DNA of 64,000 nucleotides from Sporopachydermia quercuum (GCA_001599295.1 BCGN01000004.1:252138-316137); one strand, 5' to 3'. Shown: positions 46,507-59,659, numbered from the stretch's first letter. Numbers and translations: made by a program. Notes: generated by a model from the letters alone, not told the origin.

Positions 46507-48363
46507 TCATAAAGCACTAACAGCTTTAGCATACGAATCTTGAGCTACAGAACTGTCGACCAGACTTCTAACAGCCTCCAGAATATCAACTGAAACAGCT
46601 GATGCGGTTCCTCTTGATATCGTTGGATCAATTGAAATTTCAGTAGAAACTCCAAACGAGGCTTCAGAGTTAGCAGAAAGCTGCTTGAACAGTTCTACCA
46701 AAGTTTCCTGTCCCAGAGGTTTATCAAGGCCTTTATTTGCAGCCTCTCCAGAAATTAGACCCAAACATTTATAAACACCATTGAAATTACCTAGGGCTGC
46801 TAGCAGTATCAAAGCTTTCCCATAAGCTTCAATGGGAAGCTGCGCTTGTCTGCTTACTTTTGACAAGATACCGAATATAACAGTTGATGTTGCAAGAGCT
46901 TCGATACCAGCTACCTTGGGCCCATTTATTCGATTTCTGCATTTCTTACCATAACTACTTTCACAACATCTTACTGCAGCTTCAAGTGCAGCAGAAGAAA
47001 CTTTGGAATAAATCTCCTGCTTCAAAGTAGTTGAATGATTATCAATAACATCTAGAAGTTGATATAGTTCTGATAATGAGGAAGTAAGGTTCAACAGTAT
47101 CAGATACGTGTCTGCCCACTCTGAATATAATAAAGCAGGCTGAAGCTCACATAAAGCCAGATGTAGTTGCTTTTTTGTTATCTCTTCTCTCTTATACAAA
47201 CTCTCTAAAAGTGACAGATACTCCGACAGGGTTTCCTCTCTAGGATGAATTCCACCTTTGATTAAAGCCATGATTTGAGTATGTGCATCCACAATATTTG
47301 CGCTCAGAATATAGAATTGCGTTAGTAAATCAATAGTAGTAAGAACGAATATCTGATTGCTTAATGCGGGATCTAGTTTACTGTTATTAACAAGATTCCC
47401 AAAATTCAACACCTCTCCAAGCTCAATAATTAATTTATTGATATTGTCATGATATCCCTTCTCAGTTTCATTACTCTCTCTGATTATCCTCACAGCGTGA
47501 GCTAAATATTTGTTATAAAGAGTTAGCGCTGACGCTGAATCAAGACCCTGCAGATCTGATGTATGCTCTTCCACCAAGTATTGAATCACATTTATTATGT
47601 TGCTACTATCCTTCTTCAAATACTCATCTCCAATAAACATGAACAACGGCCAGAATCTGACTTTATTGTCCGTTTTTTTCACTTTATATCTCGAAGTTGA
47701 CCCACTACTACTTGTCAGTGCTTGACAAACTGTGCTCAAAGCATCTTTAGTCAAGTTTCCATTATATTTACCTTCTATTAATTCTTCTATCTGTTGACGC
47801 GCTCCTTTGTTTATAGAAACAGTACTGGAACCTAAGTTAGAATGAATTTTATCTAAACGAGCATTCAGCTTTCTCATTGACTTTTTTGTTTCTCGTGCCA
47901 GGTATTTGGCTTCTCTTTCCCATCTGGGTGTTTGCTGCATAGGCACCGGTTTGGCATCTATTGCAAAGTCAACGTCCCATAAATAATTCTGAGGAAACAG
48001 TGCTATCTGCAGCTCATTAAGTGGTGAAAAACAAGTAACAAAAGGATTGACAAGCTCTCGAGATCCATATTTCTCATTTCTTCGTTTCATAGCTTCTAAG
48101 AACTCTGGATCGATGAAGCTATTGACAACTGGTCCGTTTCCCTTGCTTTCTTCCTGGTTAATGCCCTTCTCACTATGCCCGATGTTTAAATTGCCCCCAA
48201 AAAATCCATTTTCATAGCTGTTTTTTTTATACAGATTCGAAAACAATTTATCGCTTGGTATCCGACTCTCAGTACTTCCAGTGCTTTGGTATCTTTGACC
48301 TAGGGTTAAGCCATTCAGCCCAATCCGATGGAATGCCAGGTTATCTCGATATCTGATATACAT
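46507..48363 (-). CDS. AEP1: Probable mitochondrial ATPase expression protein 1
   Basis: Arg-rich presequence-like N-terminus and helical body; lies between the RIM9-like gene and KAR5 in the same orientation, as YMR063W-064W-065W. Name rests mainly on synteny. Confidence 0.55.
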   Translation of the reverse strand: MYIRYRDNLAFHRIGLNGLTLGQRYQSTGSTESRIPSDKLFSNLYKKNSYENGFFGGNLNIGHSEKGINQEESKGNGPVVNSFIDPEFLEAMKRRNEKYGSRELVNPFVTCFSPLNELQIALFPQNYLWDVDFAIDAKPVPMQQTPRWEREAKYLARETKKSMRKLNARLDKIHSNLGSSTVSINKGARQQIEELIEGKYNGNLTKDALSTVCQALTSSSGSTSRYKVKKTDNKVRFWPLFMFIGDEYLKKDSSNIINVIQYLVEEHTSDLQGLDSASALTLYNKYLAHAVRIIRESNETEKGYHDNINKLIIELGEVLNFGNLVNNSKLDPALSNQIFVLTTIDLLTQFYILSANIVDAHTQIMALIKGGIHPREETLSEYLSLLESLYKREEITKKQLHLALCELQPALLYSEWADTYLILLNLTSSLSELYQLLDVIDNHSTTLKQEIYSKVSSAALEAAVRCCESSYGKKCRNRINGPKVAGIEALATSTVIFGILSKVSRQAQLPIEAYGKALILLAALGNFNGVYKCLGLISGEAANKGLDKPLGQETLVELFKQLSANSEASFGVSTEISIDPTISRGTASAVSVDILEAVRSLVDSSVAQDSYAKAVSAL

Positions 48364-49186
48364 TTTTCTATGCACAAGTCATGAATTCAAATCCCGCGAA
48401 TATGGGACTACCGTCACTTCCCATAGTTGCAAAATGTAAAGAATGCTAAAACTTTTTATATTCTCTTCTCTCTTCCATGATCTGTGTGATAAACTGCCAA
48501 AAAGGTCCACTTCATTGATAATAAGTGTATGAAAGGTAGGGGACAAGTTACCCGGCTGAGATATAATCTCTCCGAAAAATTACATATTGGGTTGCTAGAA
48601 TTTGTACAGGGAAATAAGGCGGATTTTATGATAAAATCTTTTCAAAAATGGAATAAATGTATATAAAATGGATGATGAGAAGGAAATTGGACAAATGAGT
48701 GAATTTTGAGGTTTTCTTTTCGACGGAGGATTGAAAACGATAGGATGTTTATTAAGCGGTAGGGCGCATCGAAAGGTAAAACTTTCGGAAATGATAAAAC
48801 AAAAAGAAAATTATTATTTCCGATCGAGATATCACCCCTCATTGCTTATAAGGGGAGAAGGATAACATAGAAGAACCTATTATTAAAAGAATGCTATTCC
48901 AAGATTTACTGAATCTCCTAAATACTAATACAATATTCCAAACTCTTCCATACCCAGTCAATCACTTTTCTTTCCCCTTCCCCTATGATGATCACTTAAT
49001 CCTTATTGTTTATTGATATTCCCTATCCTTATCTTCCTTACTCAGCTGACAAGAATAGTAATAACTTAATTATTTGATGTTAATATTCACACTTACCTAT
49101 TCATTACTCTTGAGTACTTCTGTTCCTCATTTTAAACTCATACTATATAATACAAACACTAGTTTCCATATGAAATTATTCATAAT

Positions 49187-51232
49187 CTAGTAATACATTT
49201 TTCTTCTACCAGTTCTCTTTGCTGGAACTCCAATTGAAAAATCGGGATTATTATCAAGTACCAAAGTGCTTGAATCAACTGGATTAGTTGGGGGTTTTAC
49301 TAAACCTGACTCAGGTCCTGTAGCTAACACTGGTGCATAAGAATCAGTAGTGTGTATATTCTGGATCAGATCTCTATGGGAATAGTGCTTTGCAGCGTTT
49401 GGCCGTATTGATTGAATAGCTTTAACATTAATGCCTCTTTGCGAGACCGAAGTGAACTGCGAAGATACGGAACTCGCAGGGTAATCAGGTGGCGGCGTTG
49501 ATCTTTGCATCATTGGGTCAGAAGAGAATGGCAAGTCTTCTCTGGTTACTGGTGAAACAGGAACGTAGTCTATATGACCGGCATTCGAAATCTCTGGCTC
49601 GAAGCTATTTCCTGAAACGTCATGAGGCCCGGAGTTTTGATAAACGAAGCTTTGAGCTACACCTCCTGAAGTAGGCATCGATCTGTTTTCCGAATACTCA
49701 TGAAGACTATGCTGAAGAGATCTCGGCTGGGGTCTTGGACCTGATGGTCTTCTAGTTTGACTGTATTGAACATAAGAAGAGGGATCTGTTAATATGACTG
49801 AATTCTCCATTGTGCCAGTAGTTTTAAGATTCTTATCTTTGCTTGCAATATGATCATCATTATTAGTTGAATCATTCTCACGGTTTCCAAGATCGTACTG
49901 ACGAGAATGCGACTGCGAATCATTAATGAATCTGTCTAATGGGCTTTCAGATCTCAATTCGCCAGCATTGATTTGGTCCCTAGGTTGTGCTATACCGAAT
50001 ATGGGATAAGGTGGATTACCTGGTACAGCTGAACTTGCTAAACCAGTAGAAACCGTCTTAACGCCATTTCCTATAATATCTGTACTATCTGCATCAATTG
50101 GAGATGTGCTCTGTGTGTTGGTTAACGGTACATCTGCTGACTTAGGAACATTCGTGGTTGTACTTGCGGTATAATTACTCGTACCTCTAGGCATATTATC
50201 ACTAGAATATTCATCACTTCGTGAATAGGAAGAGGTAACAGCAGCAGCACCTACAATATTTGAACTGTTCATGTTACCATAGTTAGTTCCATATGCGTCA
50301 CTAGACTGATTTCCAACGGTAACAGCATTGTTTTCCATTAGCTGTTGATATCGTGAGTTAGTTAACAGTCCCGTAAAGGATCCTGTTTGCTGTCTGGTGT
50401 TAACAGGTCCATTACTGATGTTATTTATTCCTGTATCGTTTCTCATGCTAGCATCACCATAGTTATAAAAAGTAAACGAATTGTCAGCACTATCACCATC
50501 AGTCCCAGCATTTACAGAGTAACCAGTAGGATATCCTGTTAGAGGTACTTTATCATCATCACCATTATCGTTACTATCTTTGCTGCCACTCGGCTGAGCA
50601 AAAGCTGGTAAATCATCTCCCATACGATTTCCATACCCTATTGTTTCAAATTCATATCCATTTCTTTCATGCTCAATAGTATCTCGCATAAGCTTCCTGG
50701 AAGACGCTGTTCTACGCATGCAACACAATACAGTTCCCTCTACAGAGATCAAAACGGTAGATACTAGCACGCACCATCCACTCCAATTCAGATGAGGAAT
50801 AAACAATATGATGTCCACTAGAAATGCTAAGAGACTGAGCAAAAAAGTGGGGAGTGTCCATATGAGTGTGAATAGTAAAAATCCCAAAGAGTTAGCGAAA
50901 GAATGAAAATGAGTTAGGAATACCAGTACTAGAGCTACAAATGTAAACCCAGCAGCTATAACATGGACTATGAGTAACTTGGATATTGCTGAACGAGCGT
51001 TCGAAGGCAGAGAGAAACCAGGACCGTCTAATGCATCTGAACTGTATCCAATACCTATAGATGAACACCAGCCTGTCTCCTCCTCGCAGTATCCAAACAC
51101 TCCAAACTTATAACCATTATATGTGCACAATGAGATCGATTTCGTTACAGGTATAGTTAATACTGAAATCAAGAGGAAAGCAAGTGCAATAGTAAGAAGG
51201 ATAGTCGCTGATGTAGCTACTCGGTATCGCAT
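49187..51232 (-). CDS. RIM9: SUR7/PalI-family membrane protein (PalI/RIM9 long form)
   Basis: FGVFGYC..CS.IGIGY, SLPSNAR..SKLLIVH, LLAFLVDIILF.PHL.W.GW; four TM segments and a long cytosolic tail. Could instead be called TOS7/DCV1. Confidence 0.8.
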   Translation of the reverse strand: MRYRVATSATILLTIALAFLLISVLTIPVTKSISLCTYNGYKFGVFGYCEEETGWCSSIGIGYSSDALDGPGFSLPSNARSAISKLLIVHVIAAGFTFVALVLVFLTHFHSFANSLGFLLFTLIWTLPTFLLSLLAFLVDIILFIPHLNWSGWCVLVSTVLISVEGTVLCCMRRTASSRKLMRDTIEHERNGYEFETIGYGNRMGDDLPAFAQPSGSKDSNDNGDDDKVPLTGYPTGYSVNAGTDGDSADNSFTFYNYGDASMRNDTGINNISNGPVNTRQQTGSFTGLLTNSRYQQLMENNAVTVGNQSSDAYGTNYGNMNSSNIVGAAAVTSSYSRSDEYSSDNMPRGTSNYTASTTTNVPKSADVPLTNTQSTSPIDADSTDIIGNGVKTVSTGLASSAVPGNPPYPIFGIAQPRDQINAGELRSESPLDRFINDSQSHSRQYDLGNRENDSTNNDDHIASKDKNLKTTGTMENSVILTDPSSYVQYSQTRRPSGPRPQPRSLQHSLHEYSENRSMPTSGGVAQSFVYQNSGPHDVSGNSFEPEISNAGHIDYVPVSPVTREDLPFSSDPMMQRSTPPPDYPASSVSSQFTSVSQRGINVKAIQSIRPNAAKHYSHRDLIQNIHTTDSYAPVLATGPESGLVKPPTNPVDSSTLVLDNNPDFSIGVPAKRTGRRKMYY

Positions 51233-51569
51233 TTTATATTATTTCCAAACGATCTCAGCTGACGAAGAACTTGAATCTGAGCCGTATGACAAAAATAAGC
51301 AGTTAGGTTACAACAAGCACACTTCAAATATTCATTCCACTATCAGACCTTCTCTGAAGGCAACGAGAATAAAAAAAAAAAGGTATAGTCAGATTAAATC
51401 AAAAAGTGCTATAATCTCACCCCAAAACGCGTGATTTGTTAATTTTCCCGTCAACAGTTAATCGTGTACAATCAATACTGTGAGTAGTGTTGAGCAGTAG
51501 AAAGATATCTTTTTACTGAACAAGCTGTCAAATTCCCTGTCAGCAATCTACTTGATTCTTGTTACTTAT

Positions 51570-53000
51570 CTATTAATTAAGTTACAGTTTCCTTATTAAG
51601 TGATTTCTTCGTTATACAGGGTCGCTCCAACGAGATATATGTTGTTGCAGTATCCTCTTTCTTTGATTGATGATGAACGCACGAGCAGAATGAGAGAAAG
51701 GAAGTTTGAGAGTTGAATAAGCATAATTTAGAGGTAAGGAATGTTGAATTAGAGTTTTGCGCTTTACCCAACTTAATTTTGATCTCACAGTGAAACATCA
51801 AGGTTTCCAATTTAGGAAATACTCTTTGGCGTTGGTTGTCAATAGTATTGTGCTAAAAGCATTACTGTAAAGTATTGTGCTGGATTTCAACAGTCAAGAA
51901 AACAAAAATAAAGAGTACAAAACGAGTTCAATATATGTATCAGATATTTCTTTATTATATTTGGATTCTAGAGTTGAATTTTGAACGAATAGAATGGCAC
52001 GCGTCCAAATGGATTCAAGATTCACTTCTCAGGCACCTTTCTTTTTCTCCTCTTGATTAGGCAAGATGAGCCAAGGTTTTCAGCTGAACTAGCTTCTATG
52101 TGTAATCTAATTCAAATATCACTACATTTTCCCATTTTGGACGCATACACATATAGATTTGGGACAAATAGTCAGGAATTGCACAATTGATAAATAATGA
52201 ATTACTTCAACAAGATAAAATATAAAAAAACGAAAGAGAAACAAAGAATAAGAAATAACTTAGAATTCCAAAAAAGTATTCACAAATCATTTTGTGCATA
52301 TAGTAGAGTTCCTATTATAGTGATTGGTCTTTCAATATCTTCGCAGTACAATTCGCCAAAGAACACAGCATTTTCAATGCTAACCAACTATGCAAGTTTA
52401 TGCACGAAATTGAAGACAAGCACGCAATTCAAATTGAATTATCACAAAAGGTGTCCCATTACAGGGCTTATAAGGAGATAGTGCCAAAATATAAGGCTCT
52501 ATTTTTGTTTGGATATTTATAACCTTCTCTATCCGTTGTTCATTATCCGTTATCGATTTAATTTGTTTGTTTTTTGGATGCTTCGTTGAACAATTGTCGG
52601 GGACTATAATTTTACTGAAACTTCGTGAGTATGAGACTTCAACTTTGCTGAAAGATACTCTTAATGTTTTGATGTTTTGGAATTGTATGTTATGAATACA
52701 CAAGTTATGTGCTGCATGCTACAAAGCAAATGCTTAGACTTGGCATTTTTGGCCCGGGAATATATACAAGTTGAGAGTGCCTGAATACTATACAATCAAT
52801 GATGAGAGGGAAACCCTTCAGAGTCAATGTGAAGCAAGAACCTGACAACAACCAGAATTGATGATCACATTAATGTCACAATAAACCAAACATGCCAGAA
52901 CATAATTAGAGGTTTATGGGAGTCATTGATTTTGGGAATCATATTACCTGTTTTCTATCAGAAGTTACTTTGCTTCAGTTTATTATCGTTATATCGATGG
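51570..53000 (-). mobile_element. Decayed Ty1/copia pol relic (integrase to RT)
   Basis: Ordered fragments: FWH..IN, PGP, KQIKSITDNE (~52555), LSPYKPCNG, LRACL, IENAVF, PKWENV..EL (~52130), KFNSRI, SNAF, LCLF..SCVHH (decayed YVDD). Confidence 0.72.
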
Positions 53001-53449
53001 AGCAACGCCAATGCGAAACAGGAAAGCTAGCTTGATCAACGGGGATAATACTCTGAGAGTGTTCATCTGACGCAATTGGAATTTTTTTGGTCGGTGTGAA
53101 AAGAATTCTAATGATTCTATTGTATCAGGAATTCGAGTAAGGAATGTTATCATTAAAATTTCATACTACTTAATAAGTTTTATATCAAGTCCAAGTGAAT
53201 TAATCCACATTATGAATGAATATATATAGACACAAGAGAATTTATTTGAAATAAGTGGAGAGAGGGTTGCTCTGTGACTCTTTTAAATTGTAGCGGTTTT
53301 ACATTTGCACCGCAAACGATCATAAATCTATTCAATCAACCTATTTGATCTACTATCATTCACTGTTAATTAATTCTAGAGTTGGTCTGATTGCCCCTTA
53401 GGAGTAGTTTTGAGAGAAAAAGCTGGTGCTTCGATGTTACAGAAATGTC

Positions 53450-54350
53450 GAGGTTTCTTTTTACCATTTGTTTTCAAACTAGATTCGTTCTTGCAATGCA
53501 GGTAAGCTCTCAGTTTCATGGGCTTCTGTGTATAAGTTAAGTAAATTTTTAACACGAAAGAAGACTTCTCATTCTCTCCTTAAAAAGTAGAAAACGAAGG
53601 GAAGCAATCTTCTAAGGTTGAAGTAAGGGCTATAAATATATACATCATAAAGTCAGCAATAGTTTAGTTTTCACCTTGATCGTTGAGATCAGAATCACTA
53701 ATCAAAGGTCTGGTTCAAAAGGAAAAAAAGAAAAAAAGAGAGGACTTAGAAGGATGCTTTGACTATTCAGAGTGCTAATCAAATATGAGCTCAATAAGCT
53801 ACTTTCCAAAAATTAATATATAACAAATTAATGATGATTGAATAACCGTGGATGCACACTGCACATGAAATAACGCAAGTAATATAAGCCACTGAGCTTG
53901 AAACTAAGAAGAAAGAATTGTTCTTTTTTAAGGTTACAAGAACTTTTGGGTTATTTTGCACCAACTTACCAGGTAATTTAGTTGTTAGTTTCTAATCATA
54001 AGATCCATAATTCCGTGATCGTTGACGTGGAATTCAAATTCGTGTTAGAATAAGTAAATAGCTAACCAAACAAGCAAACAGTTAACTATTTGTTAAAAAG
54101 TTATCTTATTTTATTTTTCTACTAATACATATAATCATTAATAATATTGATGTTATGAAACCATTTGAATACAAAGGTAAAGTTGGACTCAACAATTGAA
54201 CTTGGGGGCTGGCTGAGATGACTTGACTTGCCAAACTCTTCCCAACCTTATCCAAAAATTTAAAAATTCATGCTCTACTAAGTACTAGAACTTATTTTTT
54301 TGATCCTTTTAAAAAACGTTTCTAGTGCCGTACTACAAACTGAGGAGAGA
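53450..54350 (-). mobile_element. Decayed Ty1/copia RT relic
   Basis: VEHEF..RVWQV, FKWFHNI (cf. CKWVFKIK), ACLV (cf. ARLV), KVAY, IYS-L. Confidence 0.5.
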
Positions 54351-55009
54351 ACTGTCTTCTTAGACTCCAAGAGTGAGATGATTGCTGTTGATTTGCATAC
54401 ATCCAAGAAAGAAGACACTCACGGGAAATTCATTTGCGGTAACTGTGAGATAGGGAAGTCCTAATCTGATTGATTATAAACAGGTCAATAAAATTAAATA
54501 ACTATTATATTCACTTTGTCATTAGAAAGACTCATTTTGAACTGAAAATGAATAATTGATTTAGTTGATGTTTTTAGAACTGTTGCTTATTTATTTATTA
54601 TAAATCAAAAAAAGAAGAAGTAATAAAAAATCAGGAAGGAGAAAGGGAAAATACTGAGCACAAAGAGGGAATATAGAAATACAAAGTGGTTCACGCTGCT
54701 AATTGCTTTTCAGAGCTTCTTAGTAATTCAAGAAGATTCTCCAAGGTTAGATATTAGTCTTCAATAATCTTAAACAAAGTGCGGAAAGGAGTATTGAGGT
54801 ATAAGGAAGTTCCATAATACTCCAACAGCCCATCGATACCTGGAATTCTTACAGAACAAAAGTATACAGAAACTTGTCATTCTAACTTTTACCTTCTTGT
54901 TGAGAATCACACCCCTAATATTTCCAATCACACATACATCTGCTCATTCACATCTTCATTTCTTTTACAAGCTGGATTCCCTGGCTGTATATTATTTTTC
55001 GTTAGTCCT

Positions 55010-57420
55010 TTCTGTCTTGGCTTTTGTAAATTGCCTCGCGAGCATCCAATGTAGTGCAATCCATACTCAATAGCTTTATATTACCAGTCAGTTATTAGAT
55101 ACTATATTAATCAATGAAGTGATACCGATCAATGTGCTTGTATATCTCGTGTTTCGCAAATTTGGTTCATTCAACATCATGTTTCTGCTCTTACTTTCAA
55201 AACAATAGATACTGAATCTAGACACTGTCTCACAGAAGGGTTGCGCAATTAGCCTCCGTAGCTCTGAAATGAAAGGTGCTCCTGTTTCAGTATGCTTCAA
55301 GATGCCAGTCGACTGACAAGACTAGCTCCAGATAAGAAGTAGTCGGTTGTTCCAGTCTGAACTGATAATGTGGAGTGCATGAGGGGTTGGGTGTTCGTAT
55401 CTTCATATGGTTATTATGGTGGTAAATAACAGGTTCCCTGCCTGTCCAAGTCAAGTGACCTTATTGCTATCCAGAGGTAGAGATTGCAAAAATGGTGCTG
55501 CATACATACCTCTGAGGACTGATGTAGCAAGTCTATTTCAAGATAAGCGAATAAATATTTATTCCATGAAAGTAATTTAGCTGTCACCATGTATGTCCCT
55601 TAAGGATAAGGCTTAGTAAGAGGATGTTTGATGGAGTCCACAAAAGATTCGCTTTCTCAAATTCAACGGATCATCCACGGCTTTTTCATACCATACCCGT
55701 CATACCCTTTTGCCTAGATATCAAGTTGAGAGATACTATTCATTCATTTTTCAGTTCAACATGGGTGTGTATGTTCCAAATCGTGGGGGTAATATTCCTT
55801 AAACAACACAACAGAGCGCACAGTTGGACATTGTTGAAAGGATTTTCAACAATGTCATGGCTACTCTGTATATTTAAGTGTCACCATTGAAAAGAAGGAA
55901 GAACGATTGTATATATACGAAACTGAACAACCCAATGTAAAGCGTACTTCTGTGAGCAAACAATAGAGTATTGTAGATATGCGAGTTAGAAAATTCCTTA
56001 GATTTGCAAGTGGTGAAAACCGGGTGCTCCTCCCCAAAAGCCTTTGGCTTTTTTATATTATTGGTTTTGCATAGAAAGCCAACGAATGTGCCTCTTTCTA
56101 TAGCTTTTTTTCCGTTCGCTGATGCCGATATAAATAGTGGAAGAACCATGCTACAATTCTATGGAAGTACGTAGATAAGAAGCAATAGAAGTAACACATA
56201 CATTGTTTAGAAGTGGCCCACTCTCAAATCGATCAGAGAACAAGTTTGTTGCCGCATAGGTACAAGATCGCAAATTCTTAGAAGGGACTAATCATTAGTA
56301 GATGAGCCAGAGGCAGTTGCAGCATAATCTGTTGGCTCCCTTACATAGAGCCAGAGTAGAGCTTTTCAGGTGAAAGAGTACGATGAGAGTTATGACTGAT
56401 CCTATCAGTCAGTTATTTTGACTGATTATCATTATTCTCTTCTCATAACGATTTGGGGTTATCATTGGAGCATGAGCTGAGGGCGAAAATGAAGAATATG
56501 AGTCAATGGATTCAGAACTTGGAGATGCGACTTCTGCCCAAGGATCCAAACAAATCTGTTGAAGAAATCGTGAAGGGCCTCTTCAACAGATAATCTTGAA
56601 CACAGAGGGAATAAAAACAGTTGAAATCCTGGAAGAGGATTTAGAGATAAGGCTAATATGAGCTTGTGGAGCCTGGGAGGATATCTTAAATGAAGAACAC
56701 AAAAGTAGAAAAGATTATTTTGTTGAGGCAGCATAACTAAACCATACTTTATCGAGGAGGACCATGCAATAGCATAATGTAATATCAGGAGTAGCTGTTT
56801 CGGGGAGAATTTGGAAAGGCTGTTTCGAGAAAGAAGAAATGCAGTCAATCCTCTTACACCAAACGAAGTAAAGACTTACATTTTGGAAGAGATCCAATAC
56901 CAGCGCCGAAATAGAATATCAAATGGAGCCTCACGGGATGACAGCATCAGACTAGAATTGTTCACCATCCTAGAGCTAAATAGCATAGCCAGATATACCT
57001 CTTGAATGGTTTTATTGATCCACTGAACCAAACAGTTCTTGTTCAGCGAACAAGAAACAATAATCTGGTGAACAATACCGCGCTCGAGGAAAAAGTGACC
57101 AAACTTACCATCACCATAATATTTCGAATCATTGTCGAAGAAGCCTCTTGTGGCTGAATTGAGCTCCTGTCCGCAAACTAATTGGATGATTGCCTCAACG
57201 AAAGTAGCCCATTATATGGCAGGTCTGCTACTAATGAGAGAAGCTATCCACAATGGTAAGAATTAACCTTCTTGCTTGGCCAGGCGGTCAATGAAAAAAG
57301 GCCTCGACAGATCGCTATATCATGCATGCGTGCATCGGAACATCAGATATCAGTTAAAAGTTGCTTGTAGAGGTCAGATGTTAGAACCAAACCTTTTATG
57401 AGCTATGTGGTTCCCGTAAA
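55010..57420 (-). mobile_element. Best-preserved Ty1/copia pol relic (pre-integrase, integrase, RT, RNase H)
   Basis: AHKRFG; SDLSRPF..FL-TIVDSFS (~57250); FDNDSKY..FFLERGIVHQ..NKTIQE..AML (57136-56980); F*SDAV; PFDILF; FGV..SKFSPK; EPTDY; DLVP; RIVA; LYIGLF; IYC..KS; KHID-RYHFI (~55130); MLARQFTKA (~55035). Confidence 0.9.
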
Positions 57421-58229
57421 GCTGAAAAACGCCAGCCAGAATTTGACGGATCAAAGTTAGCCCCGCATGTTAGATTCCAGTTTGTCAATCAAACAATCAT
57501 TTATTGACAATCTGCTTGATTTACAGTGTACTTTTCAAGTTTGTTATGTTAGCCTCCTACGCCTATTGGAATAACAAAACACCTAAGGTTACAAGCAATC
57601 TCGGTGGAGTTGGTCCGTCCGTATGAACTATATATCCTTATGAATATCTCTACCACTGAATTACTATGCTATCTAATTATTGTGCTCGTGGAAAATCGAT
57701 TATATTATCTATTTCAGATCAGTCATCCAAATTGTGGTAAGCTGCCATATAAAGTGGTCATGGAAACTGAATGCAAGATCAGACATATAGTCTTTTGAAA
57801 CTAAAAAGCAATACATATATATATATATATATGATATCACCATTCCCCTGTTTCTGTCTCTGTCTCTCATCCTACATTCTAAATCCCGTTGATATCGATA
57901 CTGAAAACACAAACCAATTCAGTCTAGCTAATCTAAGGTACAAAAAACGCATTGTGTAGAGTGTATATGTTGAAATTTGACCGCAGAACTAAATGGATTT
58001 GATAGAAGCTATTTTTCTGCATATGTATAAACTTTTACAGGTTGTGTATTGTGTTTACTGTTATAAACAACAATATTGTAAATTAATTAAGATTTTCCCG
58101 GAGAGGGGGTACAAATTTGTAATGAGTAAGTACTCAAAGATTTCCCTCTACTGTGAAGCTAGATAGAATAATAACAGATTAAAAAAGCAGAAGAGCAATG
58201 GCCAATGAGTGCTTTCAAGCGTCTGAAGA

Positions 58230-59525
58230 TAGATGGATACCCAGGATGTGAACAGTGGATTATTTGGGGAGCCTCTGTTAGTTGCGAAAGACATCGTAAA
58301 GTCAGGTTACTCTGACCCCATGAAAGTCAATTAGAGTCCACCGTTAGGTACCATTGATCCACACTTGGTTTTCTTCATCAAATGAAAGAAGTCAAAGAAA
58401 CCATTGGAACAAAAGTGAAAGTCAACACCAGGAGAATCTGTTTTACTTGACTGTGGAAAGGCTTTGTGGGTTCAGGAACGGTTTAAGCCGAAATCGTTCA
58501 TAGCAACTAACGAGGATTCGCCTTAAGTCCAAAGCCTAGCTAGCACTCAGAAATAAAATCGGGGCGGTGCCAGACAGACAAAATGTCGGTGTAAATTTGA
58601 TATTTATGACCAATTTAGTAGTATTACTTGAAGTTAAAGGTGCATTTCTTCTTTGTAATAAGTTCCTGGTAATACAGTCTAGTCAGCACATCTATTTGAA
58701 TCACGGACACCATTGTTAAGGTGAAGGTTGTTCTGTGCTGAAGTAAACATCGTTATTCAATCGATTGTTTTGAGCTTTAAACCTGATAAAGCTACTACGT
58801 CTGCTTCCACAATCTTTGCCTTCCCAAAGATTGTAGAAGATTCTGCTGATGATAAAAATGATTTTTTCTTTCACAATTCCCAATTCTTGTGTGAAGGTCC
58901 TGTCCAGCCCAGAGCTTTCAGAGTGGCCACTTTGATGCGATCCGGTTACATCTGAGATCCAGGACCGGTAACATCTGGATCCAACCCTCCTGACTTGTTC
59001 CGAGTTAATCGACGCTTTCAAACATCTGAATTCAACGAGACATCTAACTTGCTGACGAATCCAACATAATCAGCATTTGCCAGGAGGAAAGCAAGGCATT
59101 AGTTGCTTGGGAAATTTGTTCCAGTGGATTGAGATCCTATTCTAGACAACAAATTTTCCTCAAATCAATTGGAAGAAATATGCCTAGTCTCTCCACAGCA
59201 AGTGGTGGGATTAATCCTACTTAGCTATTTTCAACATATTTTTGATGCAAAATGGGTATAACAGTTCTTCCATTGCTGTACTTCAAATTCTGAGAATTCC
59301 CTCCAAGACATGATGATTGAAGAGGTAGGGCCTATAACACAATAACTATCCACGAAAAGGAACCTTGGTCCTCTCGAGTCTTTATTAAAGAAGGTCTTCA
59401 TGTTTTGCTCTACATATCTAGAAGAAAAGAAAAAGAAAAAGCAGAAAGGGCGCTACATCCCAGAGATCTGAAGCGCAATCACATCTGTTCTCCTTTGCTT
59501 CCTGAAGAGTATCAATTCGTGGTCT
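58230..59525 (-). mobile_element. Decayed Ty1/copia relic (integrase C-terminus to RT)
   Basis: P-EL..DVIALQI-GCSA, DSRGPRFLFV, IRFKA (~58780), QIDVLT (~58690), FGLKANPR*-CYERF (~58520, cf. YGLKQSPRxWYERF), HILGI. Confidence 0.82.
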
Positions 59526-59659
59526 AAATTTCACCTCCCAAACTTCATCTTTCATTTTTTGCAGCTCCTCTGCTTGAAATTATTCCGTAATTTCAACACA
59601 TTCATCTACACCAACTCCTTCCTCAGTTTTTACTGTTACAGTATGCTCCAAATTATCTT

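Noticed and set aside
55088..55700. Ty3/gypsy integrase reading (HTETGAPFISE, LRKRIF.GLH)
   Set aside because: The same bases fit copia RT-end/RNase H better (KHID-RYHFI, MLARQFTKA) and continue the upstream copia domains in order.
56460..57005. Plus-strand gag-like or viral peptides
   Set aside because: Antisense shadow of the copia integrase and linker.
59090..59200. Tc1/mariner-like DLNPLEQI motif
   Set aside because: Isolated match in the linker of a copia relic; no other DDE motifs or terminal inverted repeats seen.
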